Assembly (NCBI GenBank): GCA_963666275.2
Contig: CAXXOA010000001.1
Coordinates: forward strand, 2,537,598-2,601,597
DNA: 64,000 nucleotides
From: Oceanispirochaeta sp.
GTDB taxonomy: Bacteria; Spirochaetota; Spirochaetia; DSM-2461
Direction of reading: 5' to 3'
The position numbers and the translations under genes were made by a program. Shown piece after piece: positions 36,167-45,486 of this stretch. The notes beneath the pieces were generated by a model, which made no database searches, was not told the DNA's origin, and saw nothing but the letters and a program-made list of their open reading frames with translations. Positions within the stretch are counted from its first letter, which is position 1, and every line of letters starts with the position of its first letter.

Positions 36167-39133
36167 CTAAATAAAATTCAGCTCCTGAGCCTTTTTCACA
36201 ATCTCATTGTTCCAGAAGTTTTTCCTGAAAAAGCTGTGCTTCATCTGCTGATTGTCAAAACGGCCCGCCCGGGTCTGGAGCAGTTTAAACGAATGGGACA
36301 ATAGGATCATAAAGTTCTCATCCTTCATGTCTTCGTCCTCCTGCATCAGATCCTGGGCGTAGAAAAAGAAGTAGTAACCGAAGGGCTGCTGGTTGTAGGC
36401 CGTATCCATCCGGCACAGAGGTTTGAGACCTTCCAGGGCCTCCTGCCGGCGGCCGATCTTTCCCAGAAGGAAATAGTAGAATCCCTTTGCCTGATCCAGC
36501 AGAACATCTTCGTAGAGGGCGCTGTCCGAAAGGTGCCCTTCTATCAGACGGAAACCGTCCTCCCAGCAGTTCATCTCGTGAATGAACTCCCGACTTGTAT
36601 CATAGCTCTCCAGAACCGGTTCCAGCAGAGAAATTCCTCTGGCGGGATCCCCCGCCATGTAGTAGGCCTCGGCCTTGAAATAGGCGGTCTCCAGGGAGTC
36701 GGGCTGTTTATCAAGCATATCCAGGGCAATCTTCTCGCTGTGACCGAAACACAGCGACCGGGCCATCCAGGCTGTGATCACCCGGATCTGCTGGCGCATG
36801 CTGTAGCGCTTGCCCAGCTGCAGAGCCACTTTGAGTACTTTGAAGGCCTCGCTGTACCGGCCCAGCTCAAAAAAGATCCGCCCTTTGATAAAAAGCAGAA
36901 AGATCTGGGTCTCCCGGTTACGCTCCTCCTCAACCAGGGGCATCTGGGATTCCAGAAGCCTCAGGGCCATGGAAAGGTTTCCGAAGAGGTACGAGGCCAG
37001 CACCATGAAGCGGCCGCTGTAGAGGCCGGAGATTTTATCCTCCAGCTGCTCCCCTATTCTGGTGGCAATTTCAAAATAATCGATGGAAGCCTGTATTTTC
37101 CTCTGGGAAAGCAGGGTCAGAGCCAGGCCTATATTCGCCCGGGTCTCACCCGAATGATCGCTGTTTTTCTGAAAGGCGAACAGGCTGTTCTTTACAACTT
37201 CCAGGGCCGTATCGGAATCTCCATTCACCCCGTGGTAATGGGCCTGCTGAAGCAGGAACTCCTCGGAATAATCCCCCTGGGCCTGCATAAGGGAAAGATA
37301 TCCCGAGTTGAGTTTCCCTGCCAGATCCTTCCGGTTCCTTCTCAGAAGGGCGCAGCGGAGACGGCCCGCATACTGAATGTTGTGAAACCCCTCCTGCTGG
37401 GAATTGGACATCTGCCTCTGGGGAAAGAGGGGGGAATCCAGGAGAGTCTGGGCCAGATCCATCTCTCTGAGATCCAGAAGATGGTTGATGATTCTGTTCA
37501 GAACGGAAAGGCCGAAATCTACATCCCCCCGGCTGTTGAGATAGAAAAAGAGCCCGCTCAGACACTGGGGACTCCCCTCTTCCATCCGTCTCTTCAGAAA
37601 GGCGGAAAAGTCCCGGTTCAGCTGATCCAGATTCAGGTACTCCAGAGATTCCAGAAAGCTCAGAACAGCGGTCCTTCCGTACACGCCCCAGGCTCCCGGC
37701 CGGAACCTCAGAAATCCCAGGGTTTCCAGCCTTTTGATCCTCTCCTCCGCTTCGGGTACAGGAGTCCCCTTCTGCTTGAAAAAATCAAGGACCAGAGAAC
37801 GGGTGGCAAAGAAACGGCCCCAGAAGCTCACAGCCAGGATCTCCAGAGAAACCGGATCCTGGTTCTGAAGGAATGTCCACTCCGAAGGGCTTTCGGCCAC
37901 GCCCGGGTGGTTTTCATTTTCGTTCCAGTAGTGAAAAAACAGCGAGGACAGGGAGTTTCCCAGGGCAGTGAAGGTTTTCATAATGCCGTCCATGCTGTCA
38001 TTGCGGTCCGGAAAGGCCTGTCCCACCTTGCTGACCGCTTCCGCTCCCGAGGGAACTTTAAATGTCAGAGTCTGTACCGTCAGGGTGTCAAAAGGCTCGG
38101 GCAGAGAGTCCTCCCGGGACAGGAAGATATATTTCTGCGCCGGCTGATCCGTCAGAAATCCCTTGAGAAGCTCCTTCAGAAGCTCCCGGGATCCGGGGGT
38201 AAACCCTTCGGGCTCCCGGATAATCAGAACCGGCGGTGTGGGATAGGTATCCAGCTTGCGCAGACAGGCCGCCCAGTAGAGCCGCATGGCCTCGGAAAAC
38301 TCCGTAAAAAACTGATCACTGCACTGAAGATACCAGTCGTTCTGGCAGATCTTCTGCAGAAACGGGCCGTCTTTGAGCCACTGATTGCGCTGGTCCGGCG
38401 AAAGGTACTGGCCCGCATGATTCAGAAACTCCCGATTGATAAAATTGACAAGAGGATACAGAGGATCCCAGCAGTCCCGGGCGGGTTCCAGCAGCAGAAA
38501 CTGCTCCACCAGGGCTCTCTGATCTTCAAAAACCTCTTTCAGAATCATCAGGGATTCATCGGGATCCCCTGTTTTTATAAAAAGCGCTTCCGGCTGATCC
38601 TCCCTGAAAAGCCACTGGTTGATCTCATTTTTGACGGGACCGATCTGATCCGGCCGGTTAAGGAAATTCCGATAGAGGTCCTCCAGAAAGAGCATTTTTT
38701 CCGTTTTTACCTTTACAGGGAGCAGAGGAGAAGTCTCGGAACTTTCAGGCACGTCCACAAAGGCACTGTACCGGGAAACGGCAGACTCCTCCATCCATAT
38801 ACAGTTTTCTTCTTCAGCCAGCAGAGACAGATTATGAAAGTGAACATCCAGATCCTCGTTATCGTGATCCGCCGAAAGGATGATGGAAAATCCGAACAGA
38901 TGCTCGGAATTTTCATCCAGATATTTTTTCAGCCGGATCGCCGCATCAAGCACCGAAAGGGCCGTCTCCTTGTATAGAGCGGCGAACTGATATATCTGTT
39001 CGTCCAGATCGATGGGAGACCCTCCCGCCTCATGGAGGATGGCACTGCACCGGGCGAGAATTTCCCTTATTTTATCACTGTGGAGCCCCGAGAGCTGTTT
39101 TCTGTTGTCCAGTTTATAGTAAATAAAAAACAT
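36167..39133 (-). CDS. Large TPR-containing protein, probable degenerate cyclase/STAND architecture
   Basis: 988-aa ORF with C-terminal TPR-like repeats (GRIFFELGRYSEA) and degenerate NTPase-like motifs. Confidence 0.7.
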   Translation of the reverse strand: MFFIYYKLDNRKQLSGLHSDKIREILARCSAILHEAGGSPIDLDEQIYQFAALYKETALSVLDAAIRLKKYLDENSEHLFGFSIILSADHDNEDLDVHFHNLSLLAEEENCIWMEESAVSRYSAFVDVPESSETSPLLPVKVKTEKMLFLEDLYRNFLNRPDQIGPVKNEINQWLFREDQPEALFIKTGDPDESLMILKEVFEDQRALVEQFLLLEPARDCWDPLYPLVNFINREFLNHAGQYLSPDQRNQWLKDGPFLQKICQNDWYLQCSDQFFTEFSEAMRLYWAACLRKLDTYPTPPVLIIREPEGFTPGSRELLKELLKGFLTDQPAQKYIFLSREDSLPEPFDTLTVQTLTFKVPSGAEAVSKVGQAFPDRNDSMDGIMKTFTALGNSLSSLFFHYWNENENHPGVAESPSEWTFLQNQDPVSLEILAVSFWGRFFATRSLVLDFFKQKGTPVPEAEERIKRLETLGFLRFRPGAWGVYGRTAVLSFLESLEYLNLDQLNRDFSAFLKRRMEEGSPQCLSGLFFYLNSRGDVDFGLSVLNRIINHLLDLREMDLAQTLLDSPLFPQRQMSNSQQEGFHNIQYAGRLRCALLRRNRKDLAGKLNSGYLSLMQAQGDYSEEFLLQQAHYHGVNGDSDTALEVVKNSLFAFQKNSDHSGETRANIGLALTLLSQRKIQASIDYFEIATRIGEQLEDKISGLYSGRFMVLASYLFGNLSMALRLLESQMPLVEEERNRETQIFLLFIKGRIFFELGRYSEAFKVLKVALQLGKRYSMRQQIRVITAWMARSLCFGHSEKIALDMLDKQPDSLETAYFKAEAYYMAGDPARGISLLEPVLESYDTSREFIHEMNCWEDGFRLIEGHLSDSALYEDVLLDQAKGFYYFLLGKIGRRQEALEGLKPLCRMDTAYNQQPFGYYFFFYAQDLMQEDEDMKDENFMILLSHSFKLLQTRAGRFDNQQMKHSFFRKNFWNNEIVKKAQELNFI

Positions 39134-39186
39134 ATATATTTTTAACCTGCTGGCAATTAATGGATTTCTACATTATATAGTAAACT

Positions 39187-39711
39187 ATGGGATATATAAA
39201 ATATAAAGAAAAAAAATATAAATCCGTGACTATAAAACTATCGCAGAATTCCGACTTTAATGACCTTCTGAGGGAGTTCAATCAGCTCTATTTTACCGAT
39301 GTGGGTGCTGAAATGGAGCACATCCGGTATGCCGTCCTGGAGCTTGTAAACAACTCCATCAGAGCCCATAAGGAACGCATTTCACACGAACTGATTACCC
39401 TCAAATTCAGAATGGAAACCCATGATCTTCTGATAGTTATCAAAGATGCGGGAGGCGGATTCGATACCTCTGTACTCCCCTACAATATTCATGACGATGT
39501 GACCGATATAGATATGAACAGCATCTCCTTTCAGGACTACAGGGAAAAACACGGATACAACAGATTCGGTATGGGACTTCTTGTAACAAAGAGAACCTTT
39601 CACGATTTTCTCATATCCTTCTATGATAATCAGGGAGAGAGTCAGGACTGGAGAAAAGGAAAAACCATTGGAACAATTATTACCCTTAGGAGCCGATTCA
39701 ATGACGAATAA
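39187..39711 (+). CDS. RsbW-like HATPase_c_2 (anti-sigma/Ser kinase-like)
   Basis: AVLELVNNSIRA N-box, IKDAGGGFD G1 and FGMGL G2. Confidence 0.8.
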   Translation: MGYIKYKEKKYKSVTIKLSQNSDFNDLLREFNQLYFTDVGAEMEHIRYAVLELVNNSIRAHKERISHELITLKFRMETHDLLIVIKDAGGGFDTSVLPYNIHDDVTDIDMNSISFQDYREKHGYNRFGMGLLVTKRTFHDFLISFYDNQGESQDWRKGKTIGTIITLRSRFNDE

Positions 39712-40024
39712 CAGATCAAGCAGCCGATTTTACAGCTATGCCAAAGTCCTGATGGACGGGGTTCCCGGCTATATGAGAGATATCAGCGACGATGGATTCA
39801 AATATGTGACGATTATTCCCATGACAGCGGCTCAGAACGAGACCAAAACCATAACAGTCCTTCCTGAAAATGAGGAGATAGGACAGTTCTCCCTGACAGG
39901 ACAGATCCGCTGGATCCGCACGGATGCGGAAGGATTCCGTATCTGCGGTATTCAGATCCTCAGTTTTGACACTCCCGACGGGGAAAAGACCTACAGAACC
40001 ATGGAGCAGCAGTTCGCCTCATGA
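39701..40024 (+). CDS. Stand-alone PilZ domain protein
   Basis: RSSSR (RxxxR) and DISDDG (DxSxxG), G.IRW and GIQ. Start MTNNR after AGGAG. Confidence 0.8.
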   Translation: MTNNRSSSRFYSYAKVLMDGVPGYMRDISDDGFKYVTIIPMTAAQNETKTITVLPENEEIGQFSLTGQIRWIRTDAEGFRICGIQILSFDTPDGEKTYRTMEQQFAS

Positions 40025-40177
40025 TCAAAACTTTCTTGACGATTGACTTTCACAACGGTACAATAGCATAGACTCTTGATGTAAAAAGAAATGGCTGAAA
40101 AAAACCACTTCAACAGAGGCTTTTTTCAGATCTATTTTAAAAAGTATTCATAAATCAGGAATTCAAGGAGAAGCTGC

Positions 40178-40528
40178 TTGGAACTTAAAGTGCGCAAAAG
40201 CGGGAATATATATATTGTTGATATCGAAGGGGAAATGGACCTTTACAACGCCTTCAAACTGAAGGAACTGATAGGCAAGATGCTTGAAAAGAACATCAGC
40301 CTTTACATAATCAACATGGAAAAAGTGGAATACATAGATTCCAGCGGTATCGGTGCTCTGATCTATGTCAGTTCTGCACTGAAGAAAAAGAATGCCAGTC
40401 TTATCATCACCAACGTCCATGGTTCTGTCAAAAAGGTCATTGAGCTGACAAAACTGACCGGTTACTTTCCTCTGGAGGAGACTCTCAGGGATGGAATACT
40501 GAAACTCCAGAAAGGAAAAGGCGCCTGA
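40178..40528 (+). CDS. STAS-domain anti-sigma factor antagonist
   Basis: GEMDLYNA and VEYIDSSGIG phospho-acceptor motif. TTG start after AAGGAG. Confidence 0.92.
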   Translation: MELKVRKSGNIYIVDIEGEMDLYNAFKLKELIGKMLEKNISLYIINMEKVEYIDSSGIGALIYVSSALKKKNASLIITNVHGSVKKVIELTKLTGYFPLEETLRDGILKLQKGKGA

Positions 40529-40529
40529 C

Positions 40530-41072
40530 ATGAGCAACACAACCATACAGATCGACGACAATCATAAACTGATGGACCGGGAAGGCCTCTATTTCAAGGA
40601 ATTTCCCAGTGATTACAGACAGATCCGGTATTTCACCCTTCTCATAGTTCAGAAAGCTCCTCCTGAAATCCGGGAGATCAACCTGCTGGAACAGCAGGTG
40701 AGCGAGCTGATTAAAAATGCGGTCAAACACGGCAACAAGAGCGATGCCTCCAAAATGGTAAAAGTCTGGTACACCTTTACCGAAGAGGAAGCCAGGATGA
40801 TCATCGAAGACGAAGGAGAGGGGTTTCAGTCCATCAAAGAGTGGAATACCTTCAATTCCCGCAGAAACGACTGCCTGAATCAGCAGGATTATGAAAAACT
40901 GGCCGACTACGTGTCCTTCCGGACCGAAGAGAGCGATGACAATGACGGCGGTAATGCCATGTTTGCAGCTCTTGAATACTGGGATGAAGGTGTGGTTTTT
41001 ACAGAAAAGGCCAACTGTGTGGCTGTAGGAAAATCCTTCCGCCGCAAAGATGCGGGCATTCCCCTGAACTGA
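40530..41072 (+). CDS. RsbW-like HATPase_c_2 protein
   Basis: SELIKNAVKHGN and IEDEGEGF. Confidence 0.82.
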   Translation: MSNTTIQIDDNHKLMDREGLYFKEFPSDYRQIRYFTLLIVQKAPPEIREINLLEQQVSELIKNAVKHGNKSDASKMVKVWYTFTEEEARMIIEDEGEGFQSIKEWNTFNSRRNDCLNQQDYEKLADYVSFRTEESDDNDGGNAMFAALEYWDEGVVFTEKANCVAVGKSFRRKDAGIPLN

Positions 41073-41074
41073 GA

Positions 41075-41761
41075 TCAGTTCCCTCCGGTCTCTTCCTCAG
41101 CAGGGGGTTCTCCCGGCCAGAGGGCGAAGGGAATCTCCCAGTCCTCAATAAACCATCTTGTACCGTCCGAGTACAGATAGATCCTTCCGGCAATGGACCC
41201 GGTATCCGAAAAGATTCTGACCCTCACGCTGCCTCTGTTTCCCGATAGTTCCAGAGAACCCGCAGAAAATCCCCTCATCTCGGACCCCAGGGATTTGTAG
41301 CTTTCCAGCTCCTCCCTGAATAGTCTGTTGAGATCCCCCGCAAGATACCTGTCGTTTACAATGCCCGAAAAGAAAGAGAAAAAAAAGTTCTGCAGCAGAT
41401 TGCCCGCCAGTCTTTCGTTTTCAGAAGAGGAAAAATAGTCCAGAAAGGGGCCGACAAAGTCCCCTTCCGGCAGAAGGCGGCTCTGGGGCAGTTTTCTCTG
41501 CAGAAAGAGCGGCCCCGAGAACTCGGGAAAGTCAGAGGTCTCCCGGGAAGCCGTGGATTCGTCCTTTTCGGCGGGAGCCTCCGGTTCGGGCTGCTCTCCC
41601 GTCCGGTTCATCTGAATGGCCCGGGAGGACGCTTCCTCCTGAACAGGCCGGGGAGTGTCCGTTTCAGGGGGAGGAACCTGTTTTTTCCGGCAGCCTCCTG
41701 TCAACAGAGCCGCAGAAAGGAGGAGAATCATAGTCCCTGGGACAAGCCTGTTTTTTTTCAT
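41075..41761 (-). CDS. Hypothetical lipoprotein
   Basis: MKKN...LLTGG-C lipobox followed by a Pro/Glu-rich linker. Confidence 0.7.
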   Translation of the reverse strand: MKKNRLVPGTMILLLSAALLTGGCRKKQVPPPETDTPRPVQEEASSRAIQMNRTGEQPEPEAPAEKDESTASRETSDFPEFSGPLFLQRKLPQSRLLPEGDFVGPFLDYFSSSENERLAGNLLQNFFFSFFSGIVNDRYLAGDLNRLFREELESYKSLGSEMRGFSAGSLELSGNRGSVRVRIFSDTGSIAGRIYLYSDGTRWFIEDWEIPFALWPGEPPAEEETGGN

Positions 41762-41824
41762 CCTGCTTCCCTTTTAACAGAAATACCCCATACCGTCAAA
41801 ACCTTTTTTCGGTATAATGGGAAT

Positions 41825-43081
41825 ATGAAACAGAAGATCATCCGTCATATCAACGAAGACTACAGTGTTCCCGTCAGGGATCCTCTCTGGAAACATATCT
41901 ACCTGACTCCTGAATTGAGGGAGCTGATGAACGATCCGGAGTTTCAGAAACTGGGACGGATCCGCCAGCTGGGGCCGGCCGCCCTGGTCTACCCCGGCGC
42001 TACCCACACCAGGCTCAATCACAGCCTGGGAGTCTTTTTTCTGGCCCGGAGAATCCTGAAGACCATCCTGCTCTCTCCTGACTGCCCCCGCATATCACTG
42101 GAGGGAGCCAAAGCCTTTCTCTGTGCGTCCATGCTCCATGATCTGGGACATTTCCCCCATGCCCACTCGTTCAGGGAACTTCCCCTGGAGGATCACGAAC
42201 TCCTTTCGGGCCTCCTCATCAGAGAGACAGGAATCGGGGGGATCATTAAAAATAAAATCGGAAGTGACCCGGAACTGACCGCCGCCATCATCGATGATTC
42301 GGTGCCTGACGGGGGAAATGAAGAGCTCATCTTTTTCCGGAATATCCTTTCGGGGGTACTGGATCCGGACAAGCTGGACTATCTGAACCGGGACGCCTAC
42401 TTCTGCGGCGTTCCCTACGGTATTCAGGATATCGATTTTGTCATATCCCAGATCCGCCCCACCCCCTCGGGAATCGGCCTCACAGCCAAAGGGGTTACGG
42501 CCGTGGAAAACATCCTTTTTTCCAAATACCTGATGTATAAAACAGTCTACTGGCATACAGACGTGAGGATCTCAACGGGGATGGTCAAAAAAGCTGTCTA
42601 TCTGAGCATCAAAGAGGGCCTGATCAAGCCGGAAGAGCTCTACGGCATGGACGATGACAACTTCTTCAAAAGGATGCTTCAGCTCCCCGAAGAGCTCAGC
42701 TCTCTTATCAGAGAGGCAGAGACCCCAAAAAAGTACCGCATTGTCAGCCAGATCCCCTTTGACGAATCCAGCAGACTCCACCGGGACCTGATGGATCTGG
42801 AATTCCGTTTCCGCTACGAAGATGAACTGGCCCGGAAAGTCCAGTCCGAAACAAAAGACACCCTGCCTGAAAACCATCTGATCATAGATATCCCCTCAAG
42901 GATCTCCTTCGAAGTAGACCTTCCCATTATCACCGATCAGGGCCCGACTCCCTTTGTCCGGTCAGGATCGGTTTTCAGCGAGCCAGTTGTCCGGGGCTTT
43001 ACCGATGCCCTGAGGTACATAAGAGTCATAGTCCCCGAAGAAACCGCCCGGCAAGTACCGTTTATCCCTCTGGTGGATTAG
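41825..43081 (+). CDS. HD-domain phosphohydrolase (dNTP triphosphohydrolase-like)
   Basis: RDPLW, RIRQLG...YPGATHTRLNHSLG, LHDLGHFPHAH, DPDKLDYL.RD and MYKTVYWH. Confidence 0.9.
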   Translation: MKQKIIRHINEDYSVPVRDPLWKHIYLTPELRELMNDPEFQKLGRIRQLGPAALVYPGATHTRLNHSLGVFFLARRILKTILLSPDCPRISLEGAKAFLCASMLHDLGHFPHAHSFRELPLEDHELLSGLLIRETGIGGIIKNKIGSDPELTAAIIDDSVPDGGNEELIFFRNILSGVLDPDKLDYLNRDAYFCGVPYGIQDIDFVISQIRPTPSGIGLTAKGVTAVENILFSKYLMYKTVYWHTDVRISTGMVKKAVYLSIKEGLIKPEELYGMDDDNFFKRMLQLPEELSSLIREAETPKKYRIVSQIPFDESSRLHRDLMDLEFRFRYEDELARKVQSETKDTLPENHLIIDIPSRISFEVDLPIITDQGPTPFVRSGSVFSEPVVRGFTDALRYIRVIVPEETARQVPFIPLVD

Positions 43082-43099
43082 ATCAGCCCCCCACAAAAA

Positions 43100-43384
43100 G
43101 GGAGGCACTTAATCTGTGAAACATTCCGCTGCGTTTTAAGTAAAAGTCCCCTTTAGGGGCCGGATTTAGGGGCCGGATTTAGGGGCCGGATTTAGGGACA
43201 AAAAAAGACGCGATAAATCGCGTCTCCACAATATTCTGATTTAACAGAGAATTATATCGGTAAAAATCAAATCAGCCCCTGTAGAGATGTGATTTATCAC
43301 ATTACCACAGTGAGGTCCCTGAGCGGAGCCGAAGGGTGGTCCCTGAGCGGAGCCGAAGGGTGGTCCCTAAGCGGAGCCGAAGGG
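43100..43384. repeat. Mosaic of repeat families between convergent genes
   Basis: 56-bp element 43104-43159, 13-bp tandem TTTAGGGGCCGGA x3+ (43152-43197), GTAG-type REP-like palindromes (AGACGCGATAAATCGCGTCT near 43206-43225 and GTAGAGATGTGATTTATCACAT at 43281), and 24-bp GGTCCCTGAGCGGAGCCGAAGGGT x3 (43314-43384). Confidence 0.9.
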
Positions 43385-44503
43385 CTAGCCTTTCAGGAAA
43401 TCATCAAAATCTTCCATTTTCAGGGCCAGGTTGCTCCCGCTTTCCCGTGAGCTGTTCCGGGCCTTCATGGGAAGGTACTCTTCGTTATACAGTTTGGAGA
43501 GCCTGAAAATGCCGTCTTCGCTGAGATCTTCAGGAATGAGAACTTCCAGGTTGTAGCTGGAGTCGCTGAATCCTTTGATCATGATGTTGATCGGATCTGT
43601 AACGGTTATGGCAAAATGGGGGCTGTAGAAGAGCAGCAGCACCGTAAGCATGACCAGGATGGAAATGAAGATCATAAGATTGCTCTTGGACTCTCCCGCA
43701 TAGATGGGCTTCATGCTGTAGAAGATTTCCATGCCGTCTCTGCTGACGTATCCGTAGTCGGAGGGGCCGAACCACTGCCGGTAGTAGCTGTTGCTCTCCC
43801 GGGAGTAGATGGTGCCTTCAGGAGTCCGTACAATCAGAATGGATTTCTGCTGTTCGAACAGACTGGTTCCGTACCATGTGAGAAGATCGTTCTCCTGCAG
43901 CTCCAGAGCCGCATCCAGAACAGCCTCATGGCTCTCGACAAAACGGGTTTCCGCATCGGGAACATCCAGCTGTGCCAGGATGAAAGAAGCTCCCGTCAGG
44001 GCAAGAACCAGAGAGGCGATGACTGTTGTGATAATCCGGGTCAGATGCCTCTGGGCCATGGGAGAATTGACAAATTTGATCTTTTTGAAAATTTTCAGAA
44101 GCCTCAGGAGCCTGAGGATCCGGGCTATCCGGACCGTCTTTACGACCTTCAGAATATTCAGCATACCCGCCGCTCCGATGTAGGCGGTTCCGTCCAGTAC
44201 AGAAATCACCGCCGGACCGGAACTGAGCAGGAGCAGCGGCAGCGAGGCGATCAGATCGATCCATCCCCTTTCGCTGATAAAGTACCGGGTTCCCCGGCCG
44301 TTCTTCACAGCCGAAAAAAAGCGGACAATAAACTCTATGGTAAAAAAGAGGTCAAAGCCGAATCCTGTGAAAATCAGGGTTTTTCTCACATCCCAGGAGA
44401 GGGAGAGCAGAACCGCCAGATCTTCCAGGAAGGTCTGAACCAGGACCAGGAATATTATGAGGAGGATGAAGTTCTCCAGGGCGTTGTTCACTTTTTCTTT
44501 CAT
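43385..44503 (-). CDS. Ion_trans/voltage-sensor domain membrane protein
   Basis: S2 FDLFFTIEFIVRF, S3 WIDLIASLP and S4 KVVKTVRIARILRLLRLLKIFK. Start MKEKVN. Confidence 0.8.
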   Translation of the reverse strand: MKEKVNNALENFILLIIFLVLVQTFLEDLAVLLSLSWDVRKTLIFTGFGFDLFFTIEFIVRFFSAVKNGRGTRYFISERGWIDLIASLPLLLLSSGPAVISVLDGTAYIGAAGMLNILKVVKTVRIARILRLLRLLKIFKKIKFVNSPMAQRHLTRIITTVIASLVLALTGASFILAQLDVPDAETRFVESHEAVLDAALELQENDLLTWYGTSLFEQQKSILIVRTPEGTIYSRESNSYYRQWFGPSDYGYVSRDGMEIFYSMKPIYAGESKSNLMIFISILVMLTVLLLFYSPHFAITVTDPINIMIKGFSDSSYNLEVLIPEDLSEDGIFRLSKLYNEEYLPMKARNSSRESGSNLALKMEDFDDFLKG

Positions 44504-44507
44504 GTTT

Positions 44508-45425
44508 CTACCATCCGTTCTCTGCTGAAATGTTATACAGTTCGGTAAGCATATCAAAATCGTAACCGTAAAATTTGTGGTTCCGCCTGGCAATATTGAA
44601 CCAGCTCTGATCGGAAGAGGCGGCCCCTCGGTCTATCTTCATGCCCTCTTTCATAACCGCACAGCGGCTGGAGAAAATGGCGGCCAGCCGGGCTGTGGCT
44701 TCCAGTTTATTGTTGTCCTGGAAGGCGATGCAGCTGTTGATACTGCTGCGGATCACCGTATCGGGCATATCGGGAATCAGCTTGGAGAGCTGCCGGGTGA
44801 TCTGTTCGGCAAATCCCGGAGTCAGTCCGTGCACCTGATTCTGTCCGGGCCCTCCGGGCTGAAACAGATAGGCCAGGGGTTTGATCAGCAGAGATGTTTT
44901 AATATAGTTATAGACCTCTTCCTGAGACATCCTGAGCCTCTGGACCTTTGAAAGTTCAAAATGAATGTATTTCTGCCTTTCAAAGGCGTACATGATGTAC
45001 TTTTTCATGATTCCCGAACGGATGGCATTGAGCGGTCCCGTCAGTTCCTGCCGGCCGAAGGGATTGTTCAGAAGCCTGTCAATCACAGCCATCAGCTGTC
45101 GTTTCATGCTCTCCGACGGAGCCGGAAGATTCAAAAAAGAAACAAAGGAATAGCTGATCCTGTCATTGAGCTCCGACTGGATCTGAGGGCGTATCTCTTT
45201 ATTGGTCATGTCGTAAAGGTTCTGAGTCATTAACTTATAAATATTCTGCCAGGACTCGCCGGGAAAAAAAGCGTCCGAAGTGAGGGTCGGTTTCAGCTTC
45301 TGGCCGTTGATGGCAAAAAACTGCATCAGCTGATCCTCCCTCTGGAGAGCGGAAAATCCATTCATTGTAGGATTTTGCATGAGTCTGCTCAGAAAAGCCT
45401 GGGCTTTGGCATTGTTGTTATCCAT
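44508..45425 (-). CDS. Hypothetical protein
   Basis: 305-aa ORF with an AGGAAG SD, directly upstream of the voltage-sensor gene; no family recognised. Confidence 0.75.
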   Translation of the reverse strand: MDNNNAKAQAFLSRLMQNPTMNGFSALQREDQLMQFFAINGQKLKPTLTSDAFFPGESWQNIYKLMTQNLYDMTNKEIRPQIQSELNDRISYSFVSFLNLPAPSESMKRQLMAVIDRLLNNPFGRQELTGPLNAIRSGIMKKYIMYAFERQKYIHFELSKVQRLRMSQEEVYNYIKTSLLIKPLAYLFQPGGPGQNQVHGLTPGFAEQITRQLSKLIPDMPDTVIRSSINSCIAFQDNNKLEATARLAAIFSSRCAVMKEGMKIDRGAASSDQSWFNIARRNHKFYGYDFDMLTELYNISAENGW

Positions 45426-45486
45426 AGACTTCCTACTGATTAAAGGGTTTGCTTAATCTTTGTTTACACGTTAATAATAATACAAA

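Noticed and set aside
36533..38977. 814-aa plus-strand ORF
   Set aside because: It is an antisense shadow of the 988-aa minus-strand gene, with no motifs or RBS. The same applies to other long shadows such as 1313..2206, 7319..8260, 43616..44548 and 61192..62475.
43314..43384. Possible mini-CRISPR (24-bp repeats)
   Set aside because: The repeats are head-to-tail with no spacers.
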